DNA of 64,000 bases from Octopus vulgaris (lineage: Eukaryota). Below, piece by piece: positions 1-12,429 of the stretch (its first letter is position 1; every line of letters starts with the position of its first letter). Below the pieces are notes generated by a model. The model did no database searches. It was not told where the DNA came from and was given only the letters and a program-made list of their open reading frames with translations. The translations under genes were made by a program, and so were the position numbers. The stretch is taken from assembly GCA_951406725.2 (NCBI GenBank), contig OX597824.1, positions 95,604,001 through 95,668,000 of the forward strand, given 5' to 3'.

Positions 1-1571
1 GTTGTAAGGAGCATAGATTCACCTCTTAGCCACTGCTGTTCCCAGGTTTACTCTGGCCTGCAGTAGTAGCACCAGCTATGGGTTAATTAGCATGTTGGGG
101 AACTGCTCTTGGAAGAAGGTCATTCATTGGCACCGTCGTAACAGACCCAGGTCGGATGAAGCTGAAGATAACTCCATACTAAGAGAAGATAACTCCGTAC
201 AACTCCTGCATCCTGATAATTATTGGACTTGTGGCACTTGTTGCATCTGACCAAAACAAATTTGGAGGATGAGATGGTGGGACAAATCATGCGTACTATA
301 AGAATATTCCTTGTGCAGGGAGTTGAGCAAACCAGGACACCAGCATCAACACCATTAAAATGTTTTCATAAGTCCAGTGACAACAGGAAAAGAGATGACA
401 GGGACAAGCAGACGATGCTACTGGAAGACTTTGTTTTTAATCCTGCAAATCAGTGGCCGTAGGGTGAAAAGAAGAAACTTCAGCCGTGTCTTGCTGAGCC
501 TTTATTCATCGAAGGAATGAGAGAATCCACCATACCACCACCACCACATAAATTTGAAAAAGGACAGAGCAGAACACAAAAAACTGCATCTTACATGCCA
601 TCAAATGTGATGTGTGTATCATCATCATCGTTTAATGTCTGCCTTCCATGCTGGCATGGGTGGGACGGTTTGACAAGAGCCGGCCAGTCAGAAGCATGCA
701 CCAGGCTTCTGTAACTGTTTTTGTAGGATTTTTACAGCTGGATGCCTTTCCGAACACCAGCCACTCTGCAAAAGTGGACTTAGTGCTTTATACGTGGCAC
801 AAGCAAGGTCATTTTTGGCAAGGGTTTTACAGCTGGATGCCCTTCCAAAAGCCAACCACTTTACAGTGTGGACTGGGTGCTTTGAAGTGGGACCTGCACT
901 GACAGGGTCACCAAGTACTTGCAAGAATACAAATTGTGGAACAAGGCCAGCAAGTTCGGAGTAGGGGTAAATCGATTACATCAACCTCAGTACACAGCTG
1001 GTACTTATTTTATTAACCCTGGAGGATAAAAGATTATGTGGACCACAGTGGAATTTGAGCTTAGAATGTAAAGATATGAAATGCCACTAAACATTTTGTC
1101 CAGCGTGCTACTGATTCTGCCAGCGCCTCACCTTATGATGGGTATATTTTTATTTATTTTTATTTTTATCTAGTTTCAGCTCACAAGCCGTGGCCATGCT
1201 GGGGCACTGCCATATATTCAGTTTTGTTTAAAACAATATTATGATGTACTTGATCATCATCATCATCATTTAACATCCATTCTCCATGCTGGCACAGGTT
1301 GGATGATTTAACTGGAGCTGATAAGCCGGAGAGCTGCACCAGGTTCCAGTCTGATTTGGTGTGGTTTCTACGACTGGATACCCTTTTTAACATCAACCAC
1401 TCCAGGAGTGTAATGGGTGCTTTTATGTGCCACCAGTACAGGTGCCATTTACAGGACACCAACCATGACTATGACACATGGGTGCCATTCACATGGCACC
1501 AGCAACAACTTATAAATAGTATCAAGAGAAACAAATTTGACATTAATGAATGCAATATAATGAACATATAA

Positions 1572-1938
1572 GGTGGTGAGCTGGCAGAAACGTTAGCACA
1601 CCGGGTGAAATGCCTAGCCGTATTTTGTTTGCCGCTACGTTCTGAGTTCAAATTCCACCAAGGTCGACTTTGCCTTTCATCCTTTCGGGGGCGATAAATT
1701 AAGTACCAGTTACGTACTGGGGTCGATGTAATCAACTCAATCCGTTTGTCCTCTGTAGGTAGTAAAGAAACAGGTATTTCGTCTGTCTTTATGTTCTGAG
1801 TTAAAATTCCGCCGAGGTCGACTTTGCCTTTCATCCCTTCGGGGTCAATAAATTAAATACCAGTTGCATATTGGGGTTGATCTAATTGACTGGACCCCTC
1901 TCCAAAAATTATGGGCCCTGAGCCTAAAGTAGAAAAGA
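1572..1938 (+). mobile_element. tRNA-derived SINE with duplicated core gcctttcatcctttcggggtcgataaattaagtaccag (MetaSINE-like domain, from recall)
   Basis: Head ggtgagctggcagaaacgttagc...gagttcaaattcc. Copies at ~941-1132(-), 3425-3838(-), 21945-22150, 31490-31705, 34098-34535 (tandem) and 40395-40607(-). Confidence 0.85.
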
Positions 1939-1979
1939 ATATAAAGCAAAAAACAGTAGATTAACAAAAATAAACTTAC

Positions 1980-2097
1980 ATTTCTTTAAGAAATATTGTT
2001 TCTTTCCTTGAGTAACCAAATCTTTCTCTTTTTTTTTCCACGTTTTCTCTAAGTCTTTAGATTTAGAAATCTGTTCAGAGGCCAATTTTTGTTGCTC
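1980..2097 (-). CDS. RRP36: RRP36 exon 8 (EQQKLASEQ...GKKQYFLKK)
   Basis: tcgcag|GAG...AAA T|gtaagt, 118 nt. Confidence 0.92.
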
Positions 2098-5000
2098 CTG
2101 CGAAAAAGAAAAAGGAATTTACAAATAAAGGGAAACTATTTGACCCTTGTATAAGTTGAACTATATCATGCTCAGTTATGACTGAAAAATCTGGGGTGTG
2201 ACTTAGACACAGGGCAAAAAAGTTTTATGTACCGAGATTTAATACTAAGTTAGGGGTGCAACTTATACATGAATAAATATGGTATTTGGAGGGAAAGCTT
2301 CTGCAATTATCATCCAATAATAACTTTGGGCATGATTAGAGTTGAGTTAGAGAAGGGTTTGTGGTTGACGATGCAGAAAACATTAATATCAACATCACAG
2401 TGTAACATCTACTTTTCATGGAGTACATTGAGGTGTATCCGGACTGTTGCCATAGTAACAAAGCTAAAGTATGCAGAGTGAAGCCACTTGGCACATATTG
2501 ACCTTGAACTCTGCTGTGCATATGCACTAAGTTTTAACGTTCTAGCTCATTTCTGCTGTTTACAGCAATGCTTGGAAGGAAGGTGTGTTGCATGTGATTG
2601 TCGCTTTGATCATGACAGATAAAGTTAGCAGGAAATCTGCATCAAATTTTGTCAAAAGCTTGGCGATACCTGCTCAGAGGCCTATGCAAAGTTTAAAAAA
2701 AATTTTCAGCGTTCTCGACACAATCAAGATCTTGTGGAACTGAAACCCAAATGTCTCTTTGGTCAGCTGAAAGCAGTTTTGGCACAAACTTGGCAGACAC
2801 GCCTCTCATACCCAAATCTTCGGTGATAATGGACTGAACTGAACCGTAACTAATCTGCACATCCTTTCATAACTCACGGATGGTGATTCAATGATTTTCT
2901 CTCACAGCTGCATGCACATCTATGACGTTTGTCACAGTTCTTCTGGTTGCAGGCCTCCCAGAAAGTTTGTCAATATTGACACTTCTTCGGCCATCTTAGA
3001 AACATCTGAACCACTCCATACACTTTCTGCAACTTTGCATAGGCCTACCCGGGCTAGGCTGGGTATAACCAAGAAAATAACCATTTTGTTAAAGAATGAA
3101 AACTAATACAGCAAAATAAGGAGTTTACCATTCTTGTTATAAGGTATTTGATATTCTTTGATTTGTCTTCATTTTTGGATCTTTTCATTTTCTTCTTAAG
3201 AACCTGTGAGTGAAACAAAATTAAGAATTATTCCTTTGAAATCAGGAGTATTCTCTGCAGTAGACTTTTTAAATCATAAAAACAATGGTAAATTTCATTC
3301 TTATGGCTACCACAACAGAGTATTATTATTAGAAATATAGCATTCTGAAGTCATCATTTAACATCCGCTTTCTATGCTGGCATGGGTTGGATAGGTTGAT
3401 AGGAGTTGGTAAGTCAAAATATTCATTTCTTTATTGCCCACGGGGGGCTAAACATAGAGGGGACAAACAAGGACAGACAAAGGGATTAAATCAATTACAC
3501 CAACCCCTAGTATGTAATTGGTACTTATTTAATTGACCCCAAAAAGATGAAAGGCAAAGTCAACCCCGGCAGAATTTGAACTCAGAACGTAACAACAGAT
3601 GAAATATCTATTTCTTTACTACCTACAATGGGCTAAACAAAGAGAGGACAAACAAGGACAGACAAATGGATTAAATCGATTATATCGACTCCAGTGCATA
3701 ACTGGTACTTATTTAATTGACTCCAAAAGGATGAAAGGCAAATTCGACCTCGGCGGAATTTGAACTCAGAACATAATGGCAGATGAAATACCGCAAAGCA
3801 TTTCACCCGGCGTGCTAACAACTCTGCCAGCTCGCTGCCCATTTTGCATCAAGCTTTACTGTCTGTTAAGTATGGTTTTTGCAGTTGGATGCCTTTGCTA
3901 ACACCAATCACTTTACAATGGTGGACTTGGCACCAACATCAGTGAGGTCACCAAATAATTTACAAGACAAGACCCTGCCAACTTAGGGAGGGAGCAGTAC
4001 TGAGGAAGGTGGTTTTGTGCCAGATGAGGAGAGAGAGAAAGAGAGAGAGTAAAGGTGAAGATGTGGTGATGCCAATGAGGGAGATTCTTCCCAGCAGTTT
4101 AAAAAAAGATGAAGATAGAAACCCAATGGCCTGGATATCACACTAATATCTTAAGAAGGACAAACTGGTCAATGTAGTCCCTCATATGTATATATTCTTT
4201 TAATTGTTTCAGTCACTTGACTGCAACCAATATGGGATGGTCATAACTGGAACATTGTTTATCTTAGGTTTGCTTATTTAGTTTGAATTAAGGCTAAATA
4301 GTGGAGGCACAATGGCCCGGTGGTTAGGGCAGTGGACTTGCGGTTGGAGGATCACGGTTTCGATTCCCAGATTGGGCGTTGTGTGTGTTTATTGAGCGAA
4401 AACACCTAAAAGGTCCATGAGGCTCCAGTAGGGGGTGGGTGGCGACCCCTGTTGTACTCTTTCGCCCCAACTTTCTCTCACTCTTTCTTCCTGTTTCTTG
4501 AGTAACGCTGCGATGGACTGGCGTTCCGTCCAGCTGTGGGGAACACAGAAACCGGGAAACCGTGCCCATGAGCCTGGCTAGGCTTGAAAAGGGCGACGTT
4601 TATCGTTTTTTAAGGCTAAATAACAATAATAATTGAATAAGCATAGCCATATAGTTAAGAAATTCAGTTCCAATGTTTGGCACAGAGAGCAAGTGTCTTT
4701 TACTGTAGCCCTGAGCCAACCAAAGCCTTGTGAGTGCTTTTGGTAAATGGGGAAACTGAAAGGAGCTGGTCGTATATGTATATATGTGCCACCTTGTCTT
4801 GGCATTGTGTCAAAGTTGCACATGGCTGATAGTCATACAAGTGATGTTATTTGTTCCAATCTCCCATGTCAACACATGCAGCCATGAGAAAACCCTTCCT
4901 TGGAAACAGGTGAGGGTTGGTGACAGGAAGGGCATCCAGCTGTAGAAAATCTGTCTCAACAAATTCCAACTAACCCATGATAGCATGGAAAAAGTGGACA

Positions 5001-6224
5001 GTAAAACAATGGCGATGATCATCATATTAGCAACCATCATAATACCAATGTGGATCAGTTTGGATTTTATAGATTTGGCAGGTAAAAAGCACCGTTCATG
5101 TGTTGGGCCTCATGGAGGCAGTGACAGGTGACCAAGACCTTTGGCAATATACTGTGCCTGTGTTGACCTGTCAAGCCAAGTAAGAGCATAGTTATGGCCA
5201 ATACTGGTATCAGATCAATGGTACCTGTGCCGGTGACATGTAAAAAGCACCCACTACACTCTTGGAGAGGTTGGCATTAGGAAGGGCATCGAGCCGTAGA
5301 AACGTTGCCAAATCAGACTGGAACCTGGTGCAGTCCCCTGGCTTACCAGTTTTCAGTCAAACCGTCCAACCCATGCCAGCATGGAAAAGTGGATGTTGAT
5401 GATGATGATGACATTAGGTGCAAACAAACATATTTACTGATTAGAGCATTAAGTCACTAAAGAATATTCATCGTCATCATTTAACATCTGTTTTCTATGC
5501 TGGCATGGGTTGGACAGATTGACAGGAGCTGGCAAAGCCAGGGGCAGCACCAGGATCCATAACCTGTTTTGGCATGGTTCCTACAGGTTGGTGCCCCAAT
5601 GTCAACCACTTTACAGAGTGGACTGGGTGCTTTCTATGTGGCACCAGCATCGTGCTGTATAAAAGTAAAAGAAATATTTAATTGGATGTGGTGAATACTT
5701 TTCATGTCTGCATGGTTAAAAAAAGTTTGCCATGCAATCATGTGGTTCCAAGTTCAATCTCACTGCACAGCACTAAAAATGATGATGATGAAAACAATAC
5801 CTTCAACTCTTTTTCTCTATAATCATCAATAAATGAATAAGCTTTCTTGAAAAAATCTTCATTGTATTTTCCCGATAAGTCATCAAATCTTGGATCTCTG
5901 TGTGCCTAAGGTTGAAGAAATATAAAACCAAAATGAAAAAAACATGGTTACTTCTGAGATTATGAGAAAGAATCTGATTGAAGATAGTAAATGAGGGAGC
6001 AAAGCTAAATGTTTTCGGAAGCAGTAATGGTTGTGTTGCTTTAATGAATCAGGTAGAGGCACGGTTTTGTGGTTAAGAGGCTTGCTTCTCAACTATGTGG
6101 TCTTGGGTTCAGTCCTGTTATACAGCACCTTGGACAAATGTCTTCTACCATAGCTCTGGGTCAACAAAAAGCTTTGCAGGTGGATTTGGTAAACAGAATC
6201 TGAAAGAAACCTGTTGTGTGAGTG

Positions 6225-6259
<35 letters not shown>

Positions 6260-9200
6260 GAGGGGTGCTGAAAAGTTCCTGGCTTTGGGTAAAAGAAAAC
6301 ACAGGAAGATCAGCTAATTATGATTTTATTCGACATATTCCCCTCTCAGATTCACACACTTATTGCAGTGGTCCTTCAGTTTTTCAAAGTCCTGTAAAAG
6401 AACTTGCAAGGTTAGGACTCCAACCAGGTCTTCTGAGATACCCTTAAAACCAGGAACTTTTCAGCATCCCCTCATATACATGTGAGTGTGTGTATGCCCT
6501 TATCCAGACATCACATGATGGTTGTAAAGAAGATCACCATCATCATCCAAGCAATGTCCTTCATTTTCAGTCTTCCAGAGAAAACATGTCTGGCCCAGGG
6601 GGAGATATCAACTTGCTTGGAAAGAGGTGACAGGAAAAGCATCTGGCCATATAAAAACCTGACTAAACAAATTTCGTCTGACCCTTGCAAGTATGGAAAA
6701 ATGGATGATAAATGATGACAATGATGTAGCTTACTAAATGTCCAAAGTAAACTGTTTTTGCTTTTTATAGAATGTTAATGCTGACATGTCTTAACTCTAA
6801 GTCTGATGAAAGAATCAGCTGACAAGCCCCATTCACTTAAAGAAGATCCTTAAAGACATTTGCTAATAAACACATCCCAAAGCTTCAACTTTGAAAACGT
6901 TTAATTTCCAGCAACAAATAGAGAAGAATAAACATGGGATTTAAAATGCTGCTAAAAAACAAACATATATATATATGTCTTGGCGCTCATTTGGTTACGA
7001 TGACGAGGGTTCCAGTTGATCCGATCAACGGAACAGCCAGCTTGTGAAATTAATGTACAAGTGGCTGAGCATTCCACAGACACGTGTATCCTTAATGTAG
7101 TTCTCAGAGAGATTCAGCGTGACACAGTGTATGATAAAGCTGGCTCTTTGAAATACAGGTACAACAGAAACAGGAAGAAAGAGTGAGAGAAAGTTGTGGT
7201 GAAAGAATACAGCAGGGTTCACCACCCCACCCCCTGCCGGAGCCTAGTGAAGCTTTAAGTGTTTCTGTTCAATAAATACTCACACTGCCCGGTCTGGGAA
7301 TCGAAACCGCGATCCTACGACCACGAGTCTGCTGCCCTAACCACTGGGCCATTGTGCCTCCACACACATATATAAAATAACGATCACCATCATCACCACT
7401 TAACATCCATGTTCCATGGTGGCATAGGTTGGATGGTTTGAAGGAGGATATTGTGCTCTGGTGTCTTCTTTAACATGGTTTCTATGGTTGGATGTCCTTC
7501 CTAACACCAACCACTTTACAGCATGTGCTGGGAGCTGTTTTTGTGTCACTCACACTGGTGACGTGGCCATGCTGCTTGCAAGACTACAAAACTAAAAGAG
7601 TCAGCCTTATGCTAGGAGATGAGAAGTTAAAGTAGGAGAGAAAGAGTGGGGACAGAGCAGGTTCTTGTCATAGAGGAGCTCCATGGATATTCGCATTTAC
7701 AAGAGCGAGAACAATGAACAGGAGTCGCAAAAAGATAAATAACGGGGACCAGGTCTCCAGATGGCCCTTCAAGGTACAAGGTGTATAGATGTAAGTAGGA
7801 ACAAATAAATCTTCTAATAGAAGTTTGATTTAAAACAAAGATAAATATTTTTAAAAATACCTTTTTCCGAACTGGAACTACATGTCTTAAAGTGGATACT
7901 TGCTTCTTAGAGGACATTTCCAATGGTCTGTTAACGATAGAATAATTGAAATAAAGAGGTGTATCAGTGATATGACACTCATTATTAATTAACAAAATGA
8001 TTGAGAATAGCATTTAATTAATACAAAATCTATGTAGCCTGTCACCTAATTGTGACATCAGTGACTTTTTAATCACTGGCTGATTTTGTTTCAGCATGCA
8101 GTTACCAGTGGATATTTTCTACTGATGAAGCCCAAAGATGCAGAAATGCACATTTAGCAATGCCACCATCTCTTCCAGATAATTTTCATCTATGACTGAT
8201 ATTTTTTTTTGACATTGTATATATATAAGAGTTACTATACCACAGTAAATTAGGCTTTCAACAATGTATCTGCTTTAAGTATGATACACAGATTGCTAAA
8301 GTAATTTGTTTTTGCTTTTGAAAATGCTTAACCATAGCCGCATACTTACTGGTTTTTGGCCAATGGTTTCTTCTCTTTCTTCGTCTTTCTTTTGTGTTTG
8401 CGATAGATTTTATTAAACCTAAAATATCAAAATAAACACAGCAGAAGTAAATAGTGATTTCTAACACAGGCACAAGACCACAAATTCTGGGGGAGGGTGA
8501 TATAGTTGTGTAAACTGACCATCCCACCCCCAATATATGACTGGTACTTCATCAAAATACTTACTTTAATTTTTTTTACTTGAACTAGTTTACTTTATTG
8601 ATATTGAAGTAAATCTTAACTGAGAAAAGAGATATACAAGTTATAACATCACAAGCTAGCAAATGTTAGAAAATACAATGCTATGGCAGTAGCATGGAAA
8701 CCATTCCCGTTCTCTTCATTTCTTTAACCCTTCCGCTACTGCATTTATTTTGAGATGCACTCTGTTTCTTTCAATTACTTTAAATATAACAAAGAATTTA
8801 GTAAAATAACTTAGTTACCATTAAGCTAGTGTTAGGAACATGAATTGTGACTAAGGTTTGGTGGAAGATTTTAATTCAGAACTTTTGAAAACAAGTACTC
8901 AGAGTCAGAGGTAGTTTCAGCCAGGTTGGTACCATAAGGGTTAAACACACTTCTACATTTAGTCAGATATACATTAGAAGCAATTGGAAGGGTATGGATT
9001 GAAGGAAATTTAGGCTATTATTTCTAGCACATAGAGTGACCACAATGATGTCTCCTCTTATGTGTTCTGCTGATTATTTTTCTTCTTAAACTGACAGGAA
9101 TATACTAGTTTAGTGTTTCAACTAAATATAAAAACACTGTTTTCAGTGATGTTTATAACTGAACCACCTGAGTGAATAAAAACACTGTATTCTCTTGATA

Positions 9201-12089
9201 AGCTACAAATGAAAAAAAAATTAATTATATACTCTAAATCAATCACTTCAAAATACTTCCAGCACCTATTTATTAAATACCAATATGTCATCAATTAGCA
9301 TCCCTTTTTCTATGCTGACATGAGTTGGCAAACCAGAGGATTGCACCAAGCTCGTACACCTATCTTGTCATGGCTCCAACAGCTGGATACTCTTCATAAT
9401 GTCAATCACTTTATAGAGTTCTAATGTTTATTATCAGTCAATTTTATTTATCTCTGCTTAGCACTCCCCCCCCCCCTCTGTACTCTACAGAGTGTACTTG
9501 GTGCTATATTTGGTGGCACTAGCACCAGTGGGGTCACCAAGTTTTCTGCAAGACAAGATCCCTCAACTGACTGTTGGAAGTAAAAGTATGATAGAGAAAC
9601 AGAAAAGTTGGCTGGCTGAGTGGGTGAACACACAGCTTTCCACTCTCTCTCCCTCACTTTCATTCTCCTGGAGAGAGAATGAAAGTGAGGGAGGGAGATA
9701 GAGAGAGAAAATGAATTAAAGAGAGAGAGACAGAGATGGTGAGGGCACAATTATTATGACTACTTACATTGTAACTCCAATTTTGCTTTTAAGTTTCTGC
9801 AATTCTTCAAAACTCATTTCAGACAATTCTAGAATAATGACAATGAGAAATTTTATATTTTTATAAATAAGTCAATGAAGTTACAAAATTTAGAAAATAT
9901 GAAAAAAAGACAAAACAAAATATATATAGCTACGATTTCAATAACTTAGAATAATAAAATATTTCCCACACATTTAAATTCATAAAGTTGACTTTCATAA
10001 CAAAGTTTAAAATAAACTAGTTTCATTTAAAATTGATTATATTTATCATTACTTTTATTTGTAAAAATGGTAGGTACAGATGTGGCCAAGAAGTTTTCTT
10101 CCAAACTACATGGTTTTGTAGTACAAGGTTCCTTAGGTAAATGTTTACTACCATAGCTTAGGATTGTCCCAAGCTATACGAATGAGAGAAACCTGCCAGG
10201 CATATTTATTTTGTTGCTTGGTTTAACCTGCCACCCCCTGCATGATACATGCCCTTGGGCATAACTGGAAGAGTCCATTCTGTTACAAGCATCCAGATAA
10301 GGTCTCCAGTCTGAAGATAACTCAATAGTTTAGTGCACTGCTTCGTATTGCAGCACACGAGTTCCTTCCTTTTCCCTCACAAATCTTAGAGGACCTTTAA
10401 TCTTAAACAGTCTAAAGTCTGCAGGCCCTTAAGTTGGAGCTCATTCCAGTTTCCATGGAATGTAAGTAATGGAGAATACAGTCCTTGTCCTCAAACAGGA
10501 TGCTAATCCATCGTAGCCTATTCTTATATATATATATATCAAAGAATGTAGGCTTGAAACCTCAAATACTTTTGCATTTTTTCTGAGCATCAAACTAATA
10601 CACATACTTGTTAATTTCTTACTTGTCCCTGTCTTTTGTTTTCTGTACATTTGAATGGTGTGTGTGTATGTGTATATATATATATACATACATACATTAA
10701 AGCACCATTTGAGTGTGACCGTTACCAGTGTCGTCTTACTGGCACGTGAACAAAACATTCGAGCGTGGCCGTTGCCAGTACTGCCTGACTAGCCCTCGTG
10801 CCGGTGGCACGTAACAGCACCCACTACACTCTCAGAGTGGTTCGTGTTAGAAAAGGCATCCAGCTGTAGAAACTCTGCCAGATCAAGATTGGAGCCTGGT
10901 GTAGCCTTCTGGCTCACCAGTCCTCAGTCAAATCGGCCAACCCATGCTAGCATGGAACGTGGACGTTAAACGATGATGTTGATGATATATATATATACTG
11001 TTCTGGTATTGGTGAGATTAACAAATAAAGTACTCCACCTAATGAGAGATAAATATCATTTAATACACACGGAATTAAAGTTCGATTTACTATTAGTTTC
11101 ATATAGTGAAAACAAGTTAGTGCAGCCACGTTATATATTTGAGTACCAGAGATTGCTTGGAATCACACGGCACGCTATACAAGCTTGTCCGACTACCGTG
11201 TTTTCAAAGCATGAAACTACATATTAAAAAATCAAATAAATGTTTAAATGATGAAAATGACAAAAAGTTTTAGGTACTTTCCTATTATCGACAACTAATA
11301 ATTAAACTATAGAGCAATTATTCAATTCCTCGCCCTTTTCTTTCTCTATGGGGTAGTGATGGCTATTCCGAAAGTCCGCCGATCAACAATTACACCCTCC
11401 TTACAAACGTAATATCTTACTACTAATCCTTTGGTGATGTGTATATATATATATTGTATGTCGTTAATAAGAAAGTACTAATATATAAGTATTTTGAATG
11501 TAATACATACCTTTCCGAACGGTTTCCTTTTGGTAGTTAAAGGTAAGCAAGGTAAACCATGAAAAGAAAGAAAAAGCTGCTTTATTACGGTTCACTAAAT
11601 GTTTTGAAGTAAAACATTTAAAGATCCCCCCCCCACCTTTTTTTTCACAGAATACTGATCGATTAAATATAACATTAGTATGGCAATAACAAATCGTTAA
11701 GCAATATAAACTTCTTTTATTGGTGAATTTATAAATATGACACAGAATATGGCAATATCATTAATGTAACATCGCCGTATAATGTACTAAATGTTGTTTA
11801 GCCTTAGATCAACTACGAATGACTGAGTATTCCATCCGTGACCACCCCATCTCTTAAGGTGTATCTAAGAGCATCTTCGCATTTTTAAAACCAAGTCGTA
11901 ATTTGAGGAAGTTTTGATTGCTAATTATATTCGATTTTGAAGTATGGCTTTTAACATGTATACAAATACGAAGGTTGAACGCTATAGTTATTAAGTTTCC
12001 TAAAATCTTCGAAAAGATTTGTGTATTTAAACAAGAAATACGATTAAAAGAAGGAAAATTAAAAAAGATAAACACTCGAGACTCACCAT
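1980..12089 (-). CDS. RRP36: Ribosomal RNA processing protein 36 homolog, 8 coding exons, 3' end outside the window
   Basis: Exons 12087-12089, 11511-11526, 9768-9828, 8350-8418, 7861-7927, 5801-5905, 3129-3203 and 1980-2097 splice in frame with GT-AG junctions. Product: [24 protein letters not shown]...[10 protein letters not shown]...[24 protein letters not shown]...GKKQYFLKK. These match recalled RRP36 motifs ([26 protein letters not shown]). Confidence 0.93.
2425..3046. mobile_element. Decayed mariner transposon fragment with an internal inversion
   Basis: Plus strand ~2611-2693 encodes [21 protein letters not shown]. Minus strand 3046-2696 continues with [44 protein letters not shown], a mariner HTH/linker region. 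Confidence 0.8.
3129..3203 (-). CDS. RRP36: RRP36 exon 7 ([25 protein letters not shown])
   Basis: tcacag|GTT...ATG|gtaaac, 75 nt. Confidence 0.9.
4301..4609 (+). mobile_element. tRNA-derived SINE with a 13-bp TSD
   Basis: A-box tggcccggtggtt and B-box ggtttcgattccc; TSD ttaaggctaaata at 4288-4300 and 4610-4622. Relatives at ~6977-7362(-), 21507-21740(+) and 26088-26369(-). Confidence 0.88.
5801..5905 (-). CDS. RRP36: RRP36 exon 6 ([35 protein letters not shown])
   Basis: ccttag|GCA...AAG|gtattg, 105 nt, contains the hallmark RDPRF motif. Confidence 0.95.
6259..6474. mobile_element. Mariner-type MITE
   Basis: ~28-bp TIRs cgaggggtgctgaaaagttcctgg / ccaggaacttttcagcatcccctca with TA flanks. 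Sits in the (TA)n tract of a SINE. Confidence 0.85.
7861..7927 (-). CDS. RRP36: RRP36 exon 5 ([22 protein letters not shown])
   Basis: aacag|A...AAG|gtattt, 67 nt. Confidence 0.92.
8350..8418 (-). CDS. RRP36: RRP36 exon 4 ([22 protein letters not shown])
   Basis: ttttag|G...CA|gtaagt, 69 nt, phase 2-2. Confidence 0.85.
8728..8940. mobile_element. piggyBac-like MITE, family 1
   Basis: TTAA|CCCTT...AAGGG|TTAA; close homolog at 43329-43544. Confidence 0.85.
9768..9828 (-). CDS. RRP36: RRP36 exon 3 ([20 protein letters not shown])
   Basis: ttctag|AA...AT|gtaagt, 61 nt. Confidence 0.9.
11511..11526 (-). CDS. RRP36: RRP36 exon 2, 16-nt microexon (ETVRK)
   Basis: Pyrimidine tract, then aag|GAAACCGTTCGGAAAG|gtatgt. 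Supplies the phase-1 end needed by exon 3. Confidence 0.7.
12087..12089 (-). CDS. RRP36: RRP36 exon 1 coding part (ATG only)
   Basis: Minus strand reads tccaacATG|gtgagt: good start context and a consensus donor. Confidence 0.7.
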
Positions 12090-12354
12090 GTTGGATTCTG
12101 TTGCCACGAACAGGTGCCCTGCCGCTTAGAACGTAAATTAATTTTCTAAAACATCTAAATTTCAATGATATTTAAATTCATTAAAATACTTATATAATTG
12201 CAAAGTACATATATTTTCATCTTTTAAAATAATTTTCGATTTATAGAGAATCATTTTGCCTTTTTCTTTAATACCTAAGCGACATGAGTAGGTTGTGAAA
12301 AAAGGCGGCAACCGTGGAAGAAGTTTGAATGAGTTGAGATTCTATTTCGGGACA
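12090..12354. promoter_or_regulatory. Putative bidirectional promoter and 5' UTRs shared by RRP36 and GINS1
   Basis: Divergent start codons 265 bp apart. The AT-rich core is flanked by short GC/CpG-containing leaders, and the interval is free of repeats. Confidence 0.7.
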
Positions 12355-12429
12355 ATGTTGGGTAACAAAGCTTTGGAACTGATTAAGGAACTTTCTAGAG
12401 CTTTTAGCGGGACTTTATCACCATACAAT
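12355..12429 (+). CDS. GINS1: GINS1 exon 1 ([25 protein letters not shown])
   Basis: acaATG...AAT|gtaagt, 75 nt. Confidence 0.95.

Noticed and set aside
1-520. Final RRP36 exon or a separate gene at the left edge
   Set aside because: No in-phase Lys/Arg-rich RRP36 C-terminus was found. The region shares gctatgggttaattagca with 16636 and looks repeat-derived.
4301-4375. tRNA-like sequences with A and B boxes, here and at other SINE heads
   Set aside because: They continue into SINE bodies, one with a clear TSD, and lack clean cloverleaf pairing; not called as tRNA genes.
11537-11560. ATG at 11560 (minus strand) as the RRP36 start
   Set aside because: It reads MVYLAYL* and lies inside the pyrimidine tract of the acceptor.
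11527-12086. RRP36 intron 1 as a U12-type intron (CCTTTAAC close to the acceptor)
   Set aside because: The donor is GTGAGT rather than the U12 consensus RTATCCTT.
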